A DNA stretch of 63,934 nt from the NCBI GenBank assembly GCA_020425695.1, contig JAGQRE010000006.1, forward strand, positions 1 through 63,934, written 5' to 3'. Positions 9,692 to 20,254 of this stretch are shown here, one piece after another (positions within the stretch are counted from its first letter, which is position 1; the number at the start of each line of letters is the position of its first letter). This stretch comes from Planctomycetota bacterium. GTDB taxonomy: Bacteria > Planctomycetota > UBA8742 > UBA2392. The position numbers and the translations under genes are program-made. The notes beneath the pieces were generated by a model. That model did no database searches and was not told the origin of the DNA. It saw only the letters and a list, made by a program, of their open reading frames with translations.

Positions 9692-10683
9692 CCACCGCGC
9701 CCGAATACAAGCGAAATCGACAGCGCAAACGTGTGCGCCGGATTTGTCTTCAGCTCAAACAACTCGTCATCCTCGACATAGTTCCAGACGCGGGCTTTGC
9801 CGCCGAGACCCAAGGCGTATGTCAGCCCAAACGCCAGTTGCGCGCCTCCGGGCTCTCCGGTCAGTGGCACGAAGAACTCGTGCGTCACGCCAACCGCAAA
9901 ACTCTCAAGCTTGATCAAGTGATCGTCCGGCCAGCGCTCGCCTGTCAGTATGTAGCGGTCGCTATAGCGCCCAAAGAACTGTGTCACACGAAACCACGAC
10001 ACCGGCTGTTCGCTGACACGTACTGACCCGCCATACGGGAACGTATAGCCGGCCTGGAGGGTCAACCAATCCTCAGGCTTCCATTTGAACTTGGCACTGA
10101 GCAGCCCGAACTCGAGATCAAACTTGTCAGAAGGCTTCCAGGCGAAGTTGACGCCGGGCAGCGGAATGTACCGGAATGAAAACCCGCCGCTATCACGGAC
10201 AGCCGTAGAGAAGAAGATGGACGGCGTGACTGACCATTCATCGTCAATGGGTACACGCACGCCGACACTGGCATTGATCGTGAAGGCGTCCCAGACAAAC
10301 TCGTCTGCGTCGGACTTCATGGAAACGTTGAAGAAGGTCACGATCGACAGATCGCCCACGCCGAAGTTGCCGAAGGCGCCGATGCTGGTATCGATCAGCC
10401 GGGGCGGAAGCGTGTTGCGTTGGTTGTCAAGACCGATGTAGCGAAAGCTACCGGTTAAGAACAATGATCGGCGCGGATTCGTCAGGATCGGCGCCGAGAC
10501 AAGCCCGTCGGCGGCCTGCCAGCGTACGGCGTCGTCCTTTCCGACCACATCGGTTTCAAGCCCGAACAAATACCGCACGCCCGGAGACCGCGAAGTCTCG
10601 ACGCTCCATGCTTCGCGCGGGATACCCTGTGCCACACAGCAAGTCGGCACCAGCAGCAGGAAAGCCGTTATCAGAAACCGCAT
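9688..10683 (-). CDS. Putative outer-membrane beta-barrel protein
   Basis: Signal peptide MRFLITAFLLLVPTCCVAQG. The body has an alternating aromatic/Gly-rich beta-strand pattern and a C-terminal ...SISLVFGRGG. Confidence 0.45.
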   Translation of the reverse strand: MRFLITAFLLLVPTCCVAQGIPREAWSVETSRSPGVRYLFGLETDVVGKDDAVRWQAADGLVSAPILTNPRRSLFLTGSFRYIGLDNQRNTLPPRLIDTSIGAFGNFGVGDLSIVTFFNVSMKSDADEFVWDAFTINASVGVRVPIDDEWSVTPSIFFSTAVRDSGGFSFRYIPLPGVNFAWKPSDKFDLEFGLLSAKFKWKPEDWLTLQAGYTFPYGGSVRVSEQPVSWFRVTQFFGRYSDRYILTGERWPDDHLIKLESFAVGVTHEFFVPLTGEPGGAQLAFGLTYALGLGGKARVWNYVEDDELFELKTNPAHTFALSISLVFGRGG

Positions 10684-10710
10684 TCATTTTCCGGACGCCC
10701 CCGGACGGGG

Positions 10711-11484
10711 CTAACGCATTCTGGATTCGGCTTCTTCCACACTCAGGGCGGTTTCAAACAGCTTTCCCATTTCCAGCATCTCGAGCATCACGCGGACTTT
10801 GGGTGGTGGGTTCACCAGGAAGAAGACACCGTCGCGTCCGCGAATCGTTTCGCTGATTCGGCGAATCCAGACCGTGCCTTCATCAACGAGTGTTCGAAGC
10901 TCGGTAGCATCAAGAATCAGATTCCGCGTCGTCTGCCGGAACTCTGCGTTCCACTTGCGCTCGAAAGTCGGTGCGCTGACTTTGTCGAAGCTGCGTTTCA
11001 GCTTGAGAACCTGCGTGTCGGCTACACCCGAGTCACTCATGCCGCCCCAGCAACTTCGCATCTCCTCGGTGATGCTCGGCTTGGCGGGCAGCATGCGGAA
11101 CTGGCCCGACAACGCTGCCAGCATGCCATCCATCACCTTCTGCGCGGCCTGCCCGAAACTGTCATAGAATCGGAAGCTGTTATCCGGCGCGCCCTCTGTA
11201 AGTTTGCTGCGCAATGCCTGCGGCGCGCCGATGATTGCGAGAAACCCACTGTCATTCTCGCTGAACAGCCCGGCAAGCCCGGCCATGGTGTCGATGCCAG
11301 CGCGGTCAATCTGCTTCAGCCCACGGATGTCCAGAAACAGGCGCTTGGGCAACGGTTGGAGGCTCCGCCCCAAGTTGACCGTAAAGTCACCGATGCACGC
11401 CTTCGTGAATGACCCGTCCAGCGTGAACGCCGCCGTGCTTGGCGTATCAATCGGAAGCTGCTGCCAGCTCAGTTCGCCCGACAT
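10711..11484 (-). CDS. Tandem STAS-domain protein (anti-sigma-antagonist-like)
   Basis: There are two STAS-like halves: FLDIRGLKQIDRAGIDTMAGL and LILDATELRTLVDEGTVWIRR...VNPPPKVRVMLEMLEM. Confidence 0.55.
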   Translation of the reverse strand: MSGELSWQQLPIDTPSTAAFTLDGSFTKACIGDFTVNLGRSLQPLPKRLFLDIRGLKQIDRAGIDTMAGLAGLFSENDSGFLAIIGAPQALRSKLTEGAPDNSFRFYDSFGQAAQKVMDGMLAALSGQFRMLPAKPSITEEMRSCWGGMSDSGVADTQVLKLKRSFDKVSAPTFERKWNAEFRQTTRNLILDATELRTLVDEGTVWIRRISETIRGRDGVFFLVNPPPKVRVMLEMLEMGKLFETALSVEEAESRMR

Positions 11485-11545
11485 GGTCGAGTCCCGGATC
11501 GTGGTGGGGCTTACAGTTTAGCTTCGCGGTTGCGCAGAAGTCCAA

Positions 11546-12280
11546 CTAAGGACCAATCCAGCCACCGGCCAGAAAGTGTTGCCAGACTTCGGCCCACGGC
11601 TTGCCGTCCATGAGCGGCTTCCAGAAGCTCCACATCGAAAGCTGCGCAGCCCACAGTATCACCACACCAAGGATGGGTTCCCAGGCACGATTCTTGAACG
11701 CACGCACCAGGCTGAAGCGGCTGACTGCACCAGTACGCCAAGGTGCTATTGAGGGAAAGAACCGGGGCACGTTGCGACAATACGCCTCGTACGGCTCACC
11801 GTAGATGCTGCTCAGCATCTCCTCTTCAATGCGGATCTGCGCCCTGTAAATCGAGAAGAACATCACGTTGTAGATCAGCAGCACTGCCGCGTTGAAAGGC
11901 CAGGCGGTGTTCAGTGCCAGCCCGCAGCCGATAAGCCATGTACCGACGTACAGCGGGTTCCGTGTACGTCCGTACGGCCCGGCCGTCGCAAGCTCTTCCT
12001 TCTTGAGCAGATAGCCCATGGACCAGATACGCACGCCCACACCCAGCAGCGTCACACCCATGCCGAGAAACCGCAGCACCATGTGACCAACGCGGTCTTC
12101 ATCAAGGGGCGCGCGCCAAGCAAGCAAGACAAACGCCGCGTACAGAGGCCAGAAGCCTTGCAGGCGCAGACGATCAAGGCGCTTTTCGCGGCGCTTGCCG
12201 TCCTTGATTTCGGGTTGCCGAGTCGCCTTCAGCGGGCCTTCGGCAAACGCGTCATCAGTGTTGTTGTCGTGTTCTGTCAT
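11546..12280 (-). CDS. ICMT/PEMT-family membrane methyltransferase
   Basis: Multi-TM protein carrying GPYGRTRNPLYVG, the RNP(L/M)Y hallmark. Confidence 0.65.
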   Translation of the reverse strand: MTEHDNNTDDAFAEGPLKATRQPEIKDGKRREKRLDRLRLQGFWPLYAAFVLLAWRAPLDEDRVGHMVLRFLGMGVTLLGVGVRIWSMGYLLKKEELATAGPYGRTRNPLYVGTWLIGCGLALNTAWPFNAAVLLIYNVMFFSIYRAQIRIEEEMLSSIYGEPYEAYCRNVPRFFPSIAPWRTGAVSRFSLVRAFKNRAWEPILGVVILWAAQLSMWSFWKPLMDGKPWAEVWQHFLAGGWIGP

Positions 12281-12324
12281 GAAGCGCCGGAATCTACAGT
12301 CAAGTAACGCACAGTCCTAGGGGC

Positions 12325-14223
12325 TCAGGCCTGCAACCAGCGCCAGAAACCTTTGAGTTTCAAACCTCCGCGCATGGCTTCCTTGGCGTGCAGCTTTGCC
12401 TTTTCTTTATTGCCGTCTTTTCGGTACGCCCGCGACAACTCCAGGTGCTTGCGCGCAGCCCGGGCGATGTGACGGCGGATGCTGTCGGCGTCGCTGTTGT
12501 GCAGCAGGGCGTTCACCATGCAAATCCGCGAGTACGCCTCTTCGAGCGCGTTGGCGCGACGCGTTTTACTGATGCTGTCATCGCTGCGATGGACCGTAAG
12601 CAAAGGCTGCTCGCACACGCGAATGCCCGAGTTGTTGACGGCGCGGGCGAGGCGCAAGAAGAAATCCCAGTCGTTGCTGATCGGGAAGCGCTCATTAAAC
12701 AGCCCGGTCTTCTCCAGCATGTGGCGCTTGAAGATCAGGCTGCTGGTCTTCAGCGACAGGTTCTCGTACAGGTCGCGAAACAGGTGGTTGTCACGCCCCG
12801 GCAACACGTCAGGCTTGATCTCACGCGAGCCGTCGGCGTTGATATGCGTATGCCGCGAACTTGCTGCGACGTACTCATCGCGCATGGCAGCGAGTTGCAG
12901 TTGCAGCTTCTCGTTTTCCCAGACGTCATCTGAATCCAGCAACGCAACCCACTCTCCTTGCGCCCGCCGTAGCCCCACATTGCGTGCGCTGCTGGCACCA
13001 CCATTCGGCTTGCGGATATAGCGGACCCGCTCGGGTGGGTTCTTGAATTTCTCCTGGGTGTCGTCCGTGCTGCCGTCATCAACTACAAGAACCTCAACCG
13101 ACTTCTCTGTCTGCTCAAGGGCTGACTTCACGGCACGCTCTGCATTCTGAGCACGATTGTGCGTAGGGATGACGACGCTGACACTGGGCGTAAATCCGCT
13201 CGGCATGTTCGCGACTTCAGTGACGTCGTTGGGCTCAGGTTGCGCCTGGGTCATCGCGACATAGCTTTCCCAGCGCTTTTCGACGGAGTCTTCGATACGC
13301 GGGGGCAACTCCCGGTCCGGATCGCGCTGCGGGTTTTCCAGCAGCTTTTCGACCTCGACCCACACCTCATCCAATGTCAGTCGATCAATCGGCACCGGCT
13401 TCGCCGCGTTCACATCGCGCGACTCGCCGTCCTGCGCGGGCGCTACCATTGTTCTCATGACCTTGGAATTCGGCGCGTTCTTGATCGGATTGCTGGGGCC
13501 GTAAAGCATCAGCCCGGGCAGCCCCATCGCGGCCGCGAGGTGGCCCACGCCGGAGTCGTTGCCCAGATAGAACTTTGACTCGCCGATCAAAGCGGCCGTC
13601 TCAGGCAGCTCCATATGGAAGCGAGAGACGAAGTCGTCCTCCCAGTTCTCTTCGCTGCGGTCGTCATGCGTGCCGGTAACGATGACGTCGCGCCCGGTAT
13701 CGGCGATACGCTGGCACAATTCGCGCCAGTGCCCCCAGCGCTTGACGGCGCTGTTGCGGTCGCAGCCTGCATGCACGATCACGCCGCCGAGAGGAGCCGT
13801 ACGCTTGTGGCGCTGTTCCGGCGGTAGCCCAAGGTTCGGGTCGTGTGCCTTCACGTACGCCTGAGGCGTCGGGCCTGCGTAGCCCAGCCAGCGGGCAAGC
13901 TCGACGTTGGCTTCCGTTTCGGACTGATGCTTTACGTGCCGCTTCTCAACCTTCAGGCACATGCCCGGGGCGAACATGCGCGTAAGTTGGCGACGCCCGT
14001 AGGCGCTGACACCAAAATCGTAGTCGGCGACGTTGAATTGATCGTGGCCGGTAAACACCTTGCCGACGACTTCCCAGTCATCCCAGAGCGGCTTCAGCTT
14101 GTCGGCCAGGGGCGAGTTGACGTAAAGGTCAACGTCATGGCCCATCAGCCAAAGCGCACGCAGCAGCGGCGTACCTTGAATGCAGTTACCTAGTCCCTGA
14201 CTGATTTCGACGAGTAGACGCAT
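12325..14223 (-). CDS. Fused glycosyltransferase: GT9 (heptosyltransferase-like) N-half + GT2 C-half
   Basis: The N-half has GLGNCIQGTPLLRAL and GNDSGVGHLAAAMGLP. The C-half has VVIPTHNRAQNAERAV...VLVVDDGSTDDT and LLDSDD. Confidence 0.7.
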   Translation of the reverse strand: MRLLVEISQGLGNCIQGTPLLRALWLMGHDVDLYVNSPLADKLKPLWDDWEVVGKVFTGHDQFNVADYDFGVSAYGRRQLTRMFAPGMCLKVEKRHVKHQSETEANVELARWLGYAGPTPQAYVKAHDPNLGLPPEQRHKRTAPLGGVIVHAGCDRNSAVKRWGHWRELCQRIADTGRDVIVTGTHDDRSEENWEDDFVSRFHMELPETAALIGESKFYLGNDSGVGHLAAAMGLPGLMLYGPSNPIKNAPNSKVMRTMVAPAQDGESRDVNAAKPVPIDRLTLDEVWVEVEKLLENPQRDPDRELPPRIEDSVEKRWESYVAMTQAQPEPNDVTEVANMPSGFTPSVSVVIPTHNRAQNAERAVKSALEQTEKSVEVLVVDDGSTDDTQEKFKNPPERVRYIRKPNGGASSARNVGLRRAQGEWVALLDSDDVWENEKLQLQLAAMRDEYVAASSRHTHINADGSREIKPDVLPGRDNHLFRDLYENLSLKTSSLIFKRHMLEKTGLFNERFPISNDWDFFLRLARAVNNSGIRVCEQPLLTVHRSDDSISKTRRANALEEAYSRICMVNALLHNSDADSIRRHIARAARKHLELSRAYRKDGNKEKAKLHAKEAMRGGLKLKGFWRWLQA

Positions 14224-14311
14224 TCCGCCTGTTTAGCCGCATAAGCAGAAAAACACAAAAGCGGTTTGGCTGGGGAAAACCTGAAGGCTCGCCGACAGTC
14301 CTGCTCCGGCG

Positions 14312-15589
14312 TCACTTCCATTCGATGTCCGTGAAACGCAGGGTGCAGTTCTCAAGGCAGACGCCGAGCTTGGCGCCCTTCAACTCAAAGCTCCCCAACT
14401 CGACGTCATTGGCGCTGACGGTGATTGAATCGCCCGCGCGGATCGCTTTCAGGCGGTATGTACCTTCGATCTGATCGGGCGCAGTTCCCCGTTTCAGAAC
14501 AATCCACTTACCTTCAACGCGCTGGTTGATGCTGAAGCCGCCGGCGTTGTTCAGCAACACAACCGTGTAGCTGTCGGCATCACTGAAACCGATCAGCAGC
14601 CCGCCTTTCCATGCGCCTTCCGGTACATTCAGTGTAGCCGACAACTCTGTTGCATCGTCGCGCGCTCGGCACGCGCTTGTAACTTTGCTGGTGCCGATGA
14701 CTGAGTCTGCTCCCTGCCCCTGCCACTCGTTCCAGACCGGCACGAAAGGTTCCTGCTGGGTCTTCAGCCACTCAAGAATCTTGGGTTGCAGCTTCTTCGG
14801 GTCGCCGATGGTCTTTTTGAATGCGTTGCTGGCCGACTGGCCGCCATCGAGTTTCTTCGCAAGCTGCTTCCATGCCTTCTGGTACTTGCCGTCCTCGGCG
14901 ATCTGGAGATAGCGCACCAGGGCCCACTGTTCAGGGCGGGCGCTGGCGCGGTCGCCGTTGACCATCGCCGCGAGGTCGTAGTCGTCGCGCATGAAAAGGT
15001 CCAACGCCAGCTTCGGGTAGTTCGCGAGGCTGCAGAACGGAACCACGCCTGAGGTCAGCTTCTCGCCGTCCCAGTAGTGGCGCGAGAAGTTCTCTACGAT
15101 GCCTTCGATGTACCAGACGTCCTTGGGGCCCACGTTCTTGCAGCAGGCAAGGAAATGGAACTGGTGCATCGCCTCGTGGATCAGCAGTTGCCGCGAGTTG
15201 TACAACGTTGGCTGCCGGTACAGATACACGCAGCGCGTTCCCGGCCAATAGTAGCCGCCCGCGCCGACGGGAATCGCGACACCATCTTCCTTCAGTTTTG
15301 TCTGCCAGCCTTCCTGAGTGGCGAGGAAGTAGACGTTGAGTCTTTCGCCCTTCTTCAGGCGCGGTTTCGCGCCGAAGAACTCCTCGAACTGGGGCCAGCA
15401 GGCTTCCAGCACGCGCGAGTACTCCTGCCCGGTTTGCTCGTCGACATCGGTGCCGAGGCGATAGTGTTCTGACTCATGGAATTGAAGTGTGAGTTGGCTG
15501 TCTTGCGGCGGCTCGTCCGCAACGACAGAACTCTGCACAAATGCCAGTAGTAACAGAATCGCCGCGCAGAGGCTGAGAGATATACGCAC
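14312..15589 (-). CDS. Secreted HExxH (DUF1570-like) putative metallopeptidase with C-terminal beta-sandwich-like domain
   Basis: Signal peptide MRISLSLCAAILLLLAFVQS, followed by IHEAMHQF. Confidence 0.45.
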   Translation of the reverse strand: MRISLSLCAAILLLLAFVQSSVVADEPPQDSQLTLQFHESEHYRLGTDVDEQTGQEYSRVLEACWPQFEEFFGAKPRLKKGERLNVYFLATQEGWQTKLKEDGVAIPVGAGGYYWPGTRCVYLYRQPTLYNSRQLLIHEAMHQFHFLACCKNVGPKDVWYIEGIVENFSRHYWDGEKLTSGVVPFCSLANYPKLALDLFMRDDYDLAAMVNGDRASARPEQWALVRYLQIAEDGKYQKAWKQLAKKLDGGQSASNAFKKTIGDPKKLQPKILEWLKTQQEPFVPVWNEWQGQGADSVIGTSKVTSACRARDDATELSATLNVPEGAWKGGLLIGFSDADSYTVVLLNNAGGFSINQRVEGKWIVLKRGTAPDQIEGTYRLKAIRAGDSITVSANDVELGSFELKGAKLGVCLENCTLRFTDIEWK

Positions 15590-15677
15590 GGGATTGCTCC
15601 GGATCAGGCTGCCCAGCCTTTTGATTGGTTAATAGTTGGAAGTTTATGGTTGGTCGTCAACTGCGATCTGCCAACTA

Positions 15678-16625
15678 TCAGCTTAACGACTTCCACCATT
15701 CGTACTGTTTCGCCACGCCTTCGGCAAAACTGGTTTTGGGTTCATAGCCGAGTATCTTCCGCGCTTTGCTTACGTCGGCCATGGTGCGCGGCACGTCGCC
15801 CGGCTGCACCGGCTTGCGGTCGAGTTTGGCCTGCTTGCCCATGACCTTCTCAATCGTGTGCACCATCTCCGTCAGCGTTACCGGCTCATCGCCGCCGAGG
15901 TTAATGATCTCGAGAGCGCCCACCCGATCAATGCTCGCAAGTACACCCTGCACGATGTCGTCGATGAACGTGTAGTCGCGCCCGGTGGTGCCGTCACCGA
16001 AGAACGGGATCGGCTGGTCTTGCTCGATCAGGCGGATGAATTTGGCAATCGCGAGGTCAGGGCGCTGCCCCGGGCCGAATACGGTAAAGAAGCGCAAGGC
16101 GTGGCTTTCGATGCCGTACAAATGATGCCAGGTCGCGAGCATTAACTCGTTGCTGCGTTTGGTGGCGGCGTAGGGCGACCACGGCAGATTGATCGGGTCC
16201 TCTTCGCTGAACGGGACTTTTTCCTGCCCGCCGTAAACACTGCTGCTGCTGGCATGCACGAGCTTCTTCAGCCCGCGCTCGCGCATGCCTTCAAGGATAT
16301 TCACCAGCCCGCGCACATTCGTGTCTGTGTATAGCAACGGTTGCTCAAGGCTCGGGCGCACGCCGGCCCGCGCGGCCAGGTTGACGACAACATCAGCGCC
16401 ATCACCCAGCGCGGCGTTGACGTCGTCGGCAACACGAAGGTCACCCTCTACCATTTGAAAGTCGCCGTCCAGCTTCTCCAGCTCGGCCACGTTCTGGCGC
16501 TTGATCGCCGGGTCATAGAAGTCATTGAAATCATCAAGCCCGACAACGCTGTCGCCGCGGGCAAGCAGCGCACGAGAAAGCCGAGACCCAATAAAGCCGG
16601 CCGCACCGGTAACGAATACTTTCAT
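15678..16625 (-). CDS. NAD-dependent sugar-nucleotide epimerase/dehydratase (SDR)
   Basis: VTGAAGFIGSRL Rossmann motif and YAATK (YxxxK). Confidence 0.85.
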   Translation of the reverse strand: MKVFVTGAAGFIGSRLSRALLARGDSVVGLDDFNDFYDPAIKRQNVAELEKLDGDFQMVEGDLRVADDVNAALGDGADVVVNLAARAGVRPSLEQPLLYTDTNVRGLVNILEGMRERGLKKLVHASSSSVYGGQEKVPFSEEDPINLPWSPYAATKRSNELMLATWHHLYGIESHALRFFTVFGPGQRPDLAIAKFIRLIEQDQPIPFFGDGTTGRDYTFIDDIVQGVLASIDRVGALEIINLGGDEPVTLTEMVHTIEKVMGKQAKLDRKPVQPGDVPRTMADVSKARKILGYEPKTSFAEGVAKQYEWWKSLS

Positions 16626-16735
16626 GGCATGCCTCCGTGAACGGGATTAGCCCGTCGAGGGTCGCTGGTCAATGGTAGCTCCGCCTTGACCATCGGCCAC
16701 AAACCACCGACCATCCACACGAACGGAGTAAGCCC

Positions 16736-17587
16736 ATGACCTTCCGACTAGCATTCGCCTCCAATGCCATGAAGCGTTACTCGCTCGATGACGCCATCGA
16801 CCTCGTGGCCGACGCCGGTTATCAGGGCATGGAGATTCTGCTCGATATCCCCCACGCGTTTCCACCAAACGTTAAAGACGACGACGTCAAACGCTGGCGC
16901 GAGAAGCTGGATGCGCGCGGGCTGGCCGTCAGCAACTGCAACTCATTCATGCTGTACGGCATCGAGGGCTGCCATCGACCTAGCTGGTGCGAACGCGACC
17001 CTGAGCGCCGCAAGCTACGCGTCGAGCATACCCGCGACTGCCTGCACCTGGCCGCGAAGCTTGGCGCGCCGACCATCAGTACCGAGCCCGGCGGGCCGAT
17101 TGATGAGGGCGTCACCCGCGAGCAGGCCGCCGACTGGTTTGAAGAAGGTATCCGTAGCGTCTTGCCCGACGCCGCCGAAGCCGGCGTGCGCTTGTGCATT
17201 GAGCCTGAGCCCGACCTGCTGATTGAAAAGGCCGGGCAGTACGAAGAATTCATGCAACGCTTTGCCGGTGATGAACTGGCCGAGAAATGGCTGGGGCTGA
17301 ACTTCGACGTCGGCCACTTCTACTGCGTCGGCGAAGACCCGGCGGCAAACGCCGCAAGGTTCAAGGGCAAGATTCACCACATCCAGATTGAGGACATCGC
17401 CGCAGACCGCGTGCATTTTCATCTGGTGCCCGGCGACGGAGCGATCGACTTTGACGAATTCTTCAAACAGCTAAGGCAGGCCGACTACGACAACGGCTGG
17501 ATCACCGTCGAGCTGTACACGTTCGAGCACAAGGCTGTAGAAGTCGCCCAGCGCGCCCGCGAATTCCTGCTGCCGTATGTTTCCTGA
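16736..17587 (+). CDS. Sugar phosphate isomerase/epimerase (xylose-isomerase-like TIM barrel)
   Basis: Blocks CIEPEPDLLIE, LNFDVGHF and IHHIQIED. Confidence 0.7.
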   Translation: MTFRLAFASNAMKRYSLDDAIDLVADAGYQGMEILLDIPHAFPPNVKDDDVKRWREKLDARGLAVSNCNSFMLYGIEGCHRPSWCERDPERRKLRVEHTRDCLHLAAKLGAPTISTEPGGPIDEGVTREQAADWFEEGIRSVLPDAAEAGVRLCIEPEPDLLIEKAGQYEEFMQRFAGDELAEKWLGLNFDVGHFYCVGEDPAANAARFKGKIHHIQIEDIAADRVHFHLVPGDGAIDFDEFFKQLRQADYDNGWITVELYTFEHKAVEVAQRAREFLLPYVS

Positions 17588-17968
17588 TTAGCCTGCTGCC
17601 TTGGCATTCATGGCGAGGATGGCCGTGATCCAGAGCAGGAAGCGCATTAGCAGAAAGCCCATGGCAAGCATCTTGTGAGTGCCCTTGGGTTTGCCTGCGC
17701 TTACTTTACCGCCGCTGTAGAGCATGGCCGGGTACCACGGCACCAGCGCGATTGCGATCAGGATGTGAACGACCAGCCACGGGCCCATCGGGGCAAACAG
17801 TTGCCCTGTGGCCTTGCGGTCAAGTTCAATGAAAAGCAGCAGCGCAACATCCAGCGCGAAGCCGAACGTCATCCACATCATGTGCAACGGATGACGACGT
17901 TTGAAAAACACGCCGATCACCAGCCAAGCAAACACGCCGCCATTGAGGATTGTGAACAAGTGATTCAT
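17588..17968 (-). CDS. Small polytopic membrane protein
   Basis: Four predicted TM helices. The start is placed at MNHLFTIL (ATG 17968) inside ORF 17588..18022. Confidence 0.45.
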   Translation of the reverse strand: MNHLFTILNGGVFAWLVIGVFFKRRHPLHMMWMTFGFALDVALLLFIELDRKATGQLFAPMGPWLVVHILIAIALVPWYPAMLYSGGKVSAGKPKGTHKMLAMGFLLMRFLLWITAILAMNAKAAG

Positions 17969-18033
17969 GCTGGTCTTCTTGCTTCCCGCACGGATTAGGG
18001 ATCGTTGAGCCCCGCCGGTCAAGGTGTCGTTTG

Positions 18034-18930
18034 ATGAAGCTGATCACCAATCCTTCTGACGTCACGGCTGCACTGGCAGACGCTGAAGAACGCGGCCCTT
18101 GCCGTCGTGTGCTGATGGCGGCTCCCGACTACTTCAATATCGAAAGCGCAATCAACCCATGGATGCGCAACGCCGAAGGCGAACTGAACGTCGTTGACTC
18201 TGCAAAGGCCCGCTACCAATGGGATACCATGGCTCGCGCTTATCGTGATGTCGGGATTGAAGTACAGGTGATCGAAGGCCCGCCGGGCTTACCCGACTTC
18301 TGTTTCGCCGCAAACCAGAGCCTTACGTGTCGAGACGCTTCAGGACGCCAGATCGCCTTGCTGTCCGAAATGGCAAGTGAAACCCGCCGCGAAGAAGTTG
18401 CCCACTTCCGGCACTGGTACAAAGCACATGGGTTCACCGTCGTCGACTGCCCGCCCGAGCTGCGACCATTCGAGGGCACAGGCGACGCGAGTCGCCATCA
18501 CGGACGTCACGCTTTCTGGGGTGGTGTCGGCCCGCGCACCGGTCTTGATGCCTGGAACTTCGTGGCCGAAACTACAGGCGCAAGCGTCATTCCGCTGAAC
18601 CTACCGGACCCGCGCTACTACCACCTGGACACCTGCCTCGCCGTCCTGTCACCGCGTGCCGCGCTGTATGTGCCCGCAGCGTTCGATGACGCTGGTCGGT
18701 CACTGCTGGCCGCCGGCTTCGATGATCTGATCGCAGTCAGCAACCACGACGCCGCCAACTTCGCCTGCAATGCGCACTGTCCTGACGGCACGCATGTGTT
18801 GATCCAACAGGGTTCCGGCCAGACTTTGGAAGCACTGGTGAAACGAGGTTTCACGGTGATCGAGCTCGACACTTCGGAGTTCATGAAGTCTGGCGGCAGC
18901 GTCTTCTGCCTGAAACAAGAGCTGCCCTGA
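18034..18930 (+). CDS. Guanidino-group-modifying enzyme superfamily protein (amidinotransferase/DDAH-like)
   Basis: YHLDTCL and the C-terminal KSGGSVFCL (nucleophilic Cys block) are present. Confidence 0.6.
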   Translation: MKLITNPSDVTAALADAEERGPCRRVLMAAPDYFNIESAINPWMRNAEGELNVVDSAKARYQWDTMARAYRDVGIEVQVIEGPPGLPDFCFAANQSLTCRDASGRQIALLSEMASETRREEVAHFRHWYKAHGFTVVDCPPELRPFEGTGDASRHHGRHAFWGGVGPRTGLDAWNFVAETTGASVIPLNLPDPRYYHLDTCLAVLSPRAALYVPAAFDDAGRSLLAAGFDDLIAVSNHDAANFACNAHCPDGTHVLIQQGSGQTLEALVKRGFTVIELDTSEFMKSGGSVFCLKQELP

Positions 18931-19075
18931 CCTGCGCAAGAGCATCCAATCCCTTTGCCGAACCGCAATTACACGTTTGATCGCACCTGTTGCGCGGGTC
19001 ATACGTTCATACAATTAAGAGTCGGGGCGCAGGCCCTGTGAGAATTCCCCACGGCCCGCCCCGAATGGGCCAGTT

Positions 19076-20254
19076 ATGCTGCTGCAGTTCTGCGACAAAT
19101 GTGGACGACCCCTCAGCGAAGGCTGTATCGCTCGCGGTGAAGCCGTTGATCGCGACGGTGAACTCGTATGTGCAAGCTGCCTTGCCAATGAGCGAACCAA
19201 ATCCGCCGTCCGCGCCGCTGAAAGCGACGCCGGACAAGAGACCACCGGCCCACTCGGACACTACGAGCAGGCCGTCTGGGGTTGCGAGTCCTGCGGCATT
19301 CCCGTGACGGCGCTTGATCTGATCGAAGGTCGGGGCTCGCGCGTCGGTGGCATGCTGCGATGCTCACGCTGTGCGCCCATCGTCAAGAAAGCCCCGGAAG
19401 TTCCTAAGGCTGAGCCGAAACCTGCGGCCCCCGCGCGCCCCTCTATTCCGCGCCCGGCACCATCGATTCCACGTGCAGCGCAGACGCCGCGAGTCTCTTC
19501 AACGCCGCGGCATTCCACAGCGGCCGCGAACCAGTTTCTGGCAGAGGCAAAGTCGGAGCAGAAACGCCCGATACTGCCGATCGTAATGATCGCGATCGTG
19601 CTACCCATGTTTGCCGTAAGCCTGTATTTCGCGATCACTTCACAACAGAAGCTGAACGAGGCGATGGGCAGGCAGGCCAATGCCCAGGCCGGCGCCGGCG
19701 ACCCCTCTGACCGGCGCAATCAACGACCACGCGAAGAGCTTAACCCCGAACCTCTCAGTGGCGAAACAGACGACACACCACCCGAAGTAAAGCCACCGAT
19801 GGAGGACACTAACCCGCCAAGTGCGCGTCCTCTGCCACCGGGAGTGATGGACGACCTGATCGCCATCGAGAACGAGTTGGCCGAGCCGGCGATTGCGAAA
19901 CTGCAGTCCAAGAATCTGGGTGAAGTCTGGGAAGGACTGATCGAAATCGGCTCGCGTCGCCTGATCGCCGCCCGTCCATATGTGCGGGCGCTGCTGCGCG
20001 ACCCCGACGACAAAACGCGCGCTCTGGCCTGCAGAGTAGCAGGCATGCTGAACGACAAAGAAGCGCTGCCTACGTTGAACCGCATGCTTGAGCTTGACCC
20101 GGACGACAACGTCAAAGTCGAGGCACGCAAGGCCCGCGACCGCCTGACCGGCGAAGCCACACGCGAACTCCGCGACATGACGGACGCCGAGTTGCAAGAG
20201 ATGCTGGAGGACATCCAGCGCGAGCTGGATCGGCGTCGAGGTCGCAATGACTAA
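19076..20254 (+). CDS. Zinc-ribbon / Pro-rich / TM / HEAT-repeat protein
   Basis: Two CxxC...CxxC ribbons (FCDKCG...CASC and CESCG...CSRC), one TM helix, and a HEAT-like C-terminus (RALLRDPDDKTRALACRVAGML). Confidence 0.5.
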   Translation: MLLQFCDKCGRPLSEGCIARGEAVDRDGELVCASCLANERTKSAVRAAESDAGQETTGPLGHYEQAVWGCESCGIPVTALDLIEGRGSRVGGMLRCSRCAPIVKKAPEVPKAEPKPAAPARPSIPRPAPSIPRAAQTPRVSSTPRHSTAAANQFLAEAKSEQKRPILPIVMIAIVLPMFAVSLYFAITSQQKLNEAMGRQANAQAGAGDPSDRRNQRPREELNPEPLSGETDDTPPEVKPPMEDTNPPSARPLPPGVMDDLIAIENELAEPAIAKLQSKNLGEVWEGLIEIGSRRLIAARPYVRALLRDPDDKTRALACRVAGMLNDKEALPTLNRMLELDPDDNVKVEARKARDRLTGEATRELRDMTDAELQEMLEDIQRELDRRRGRND

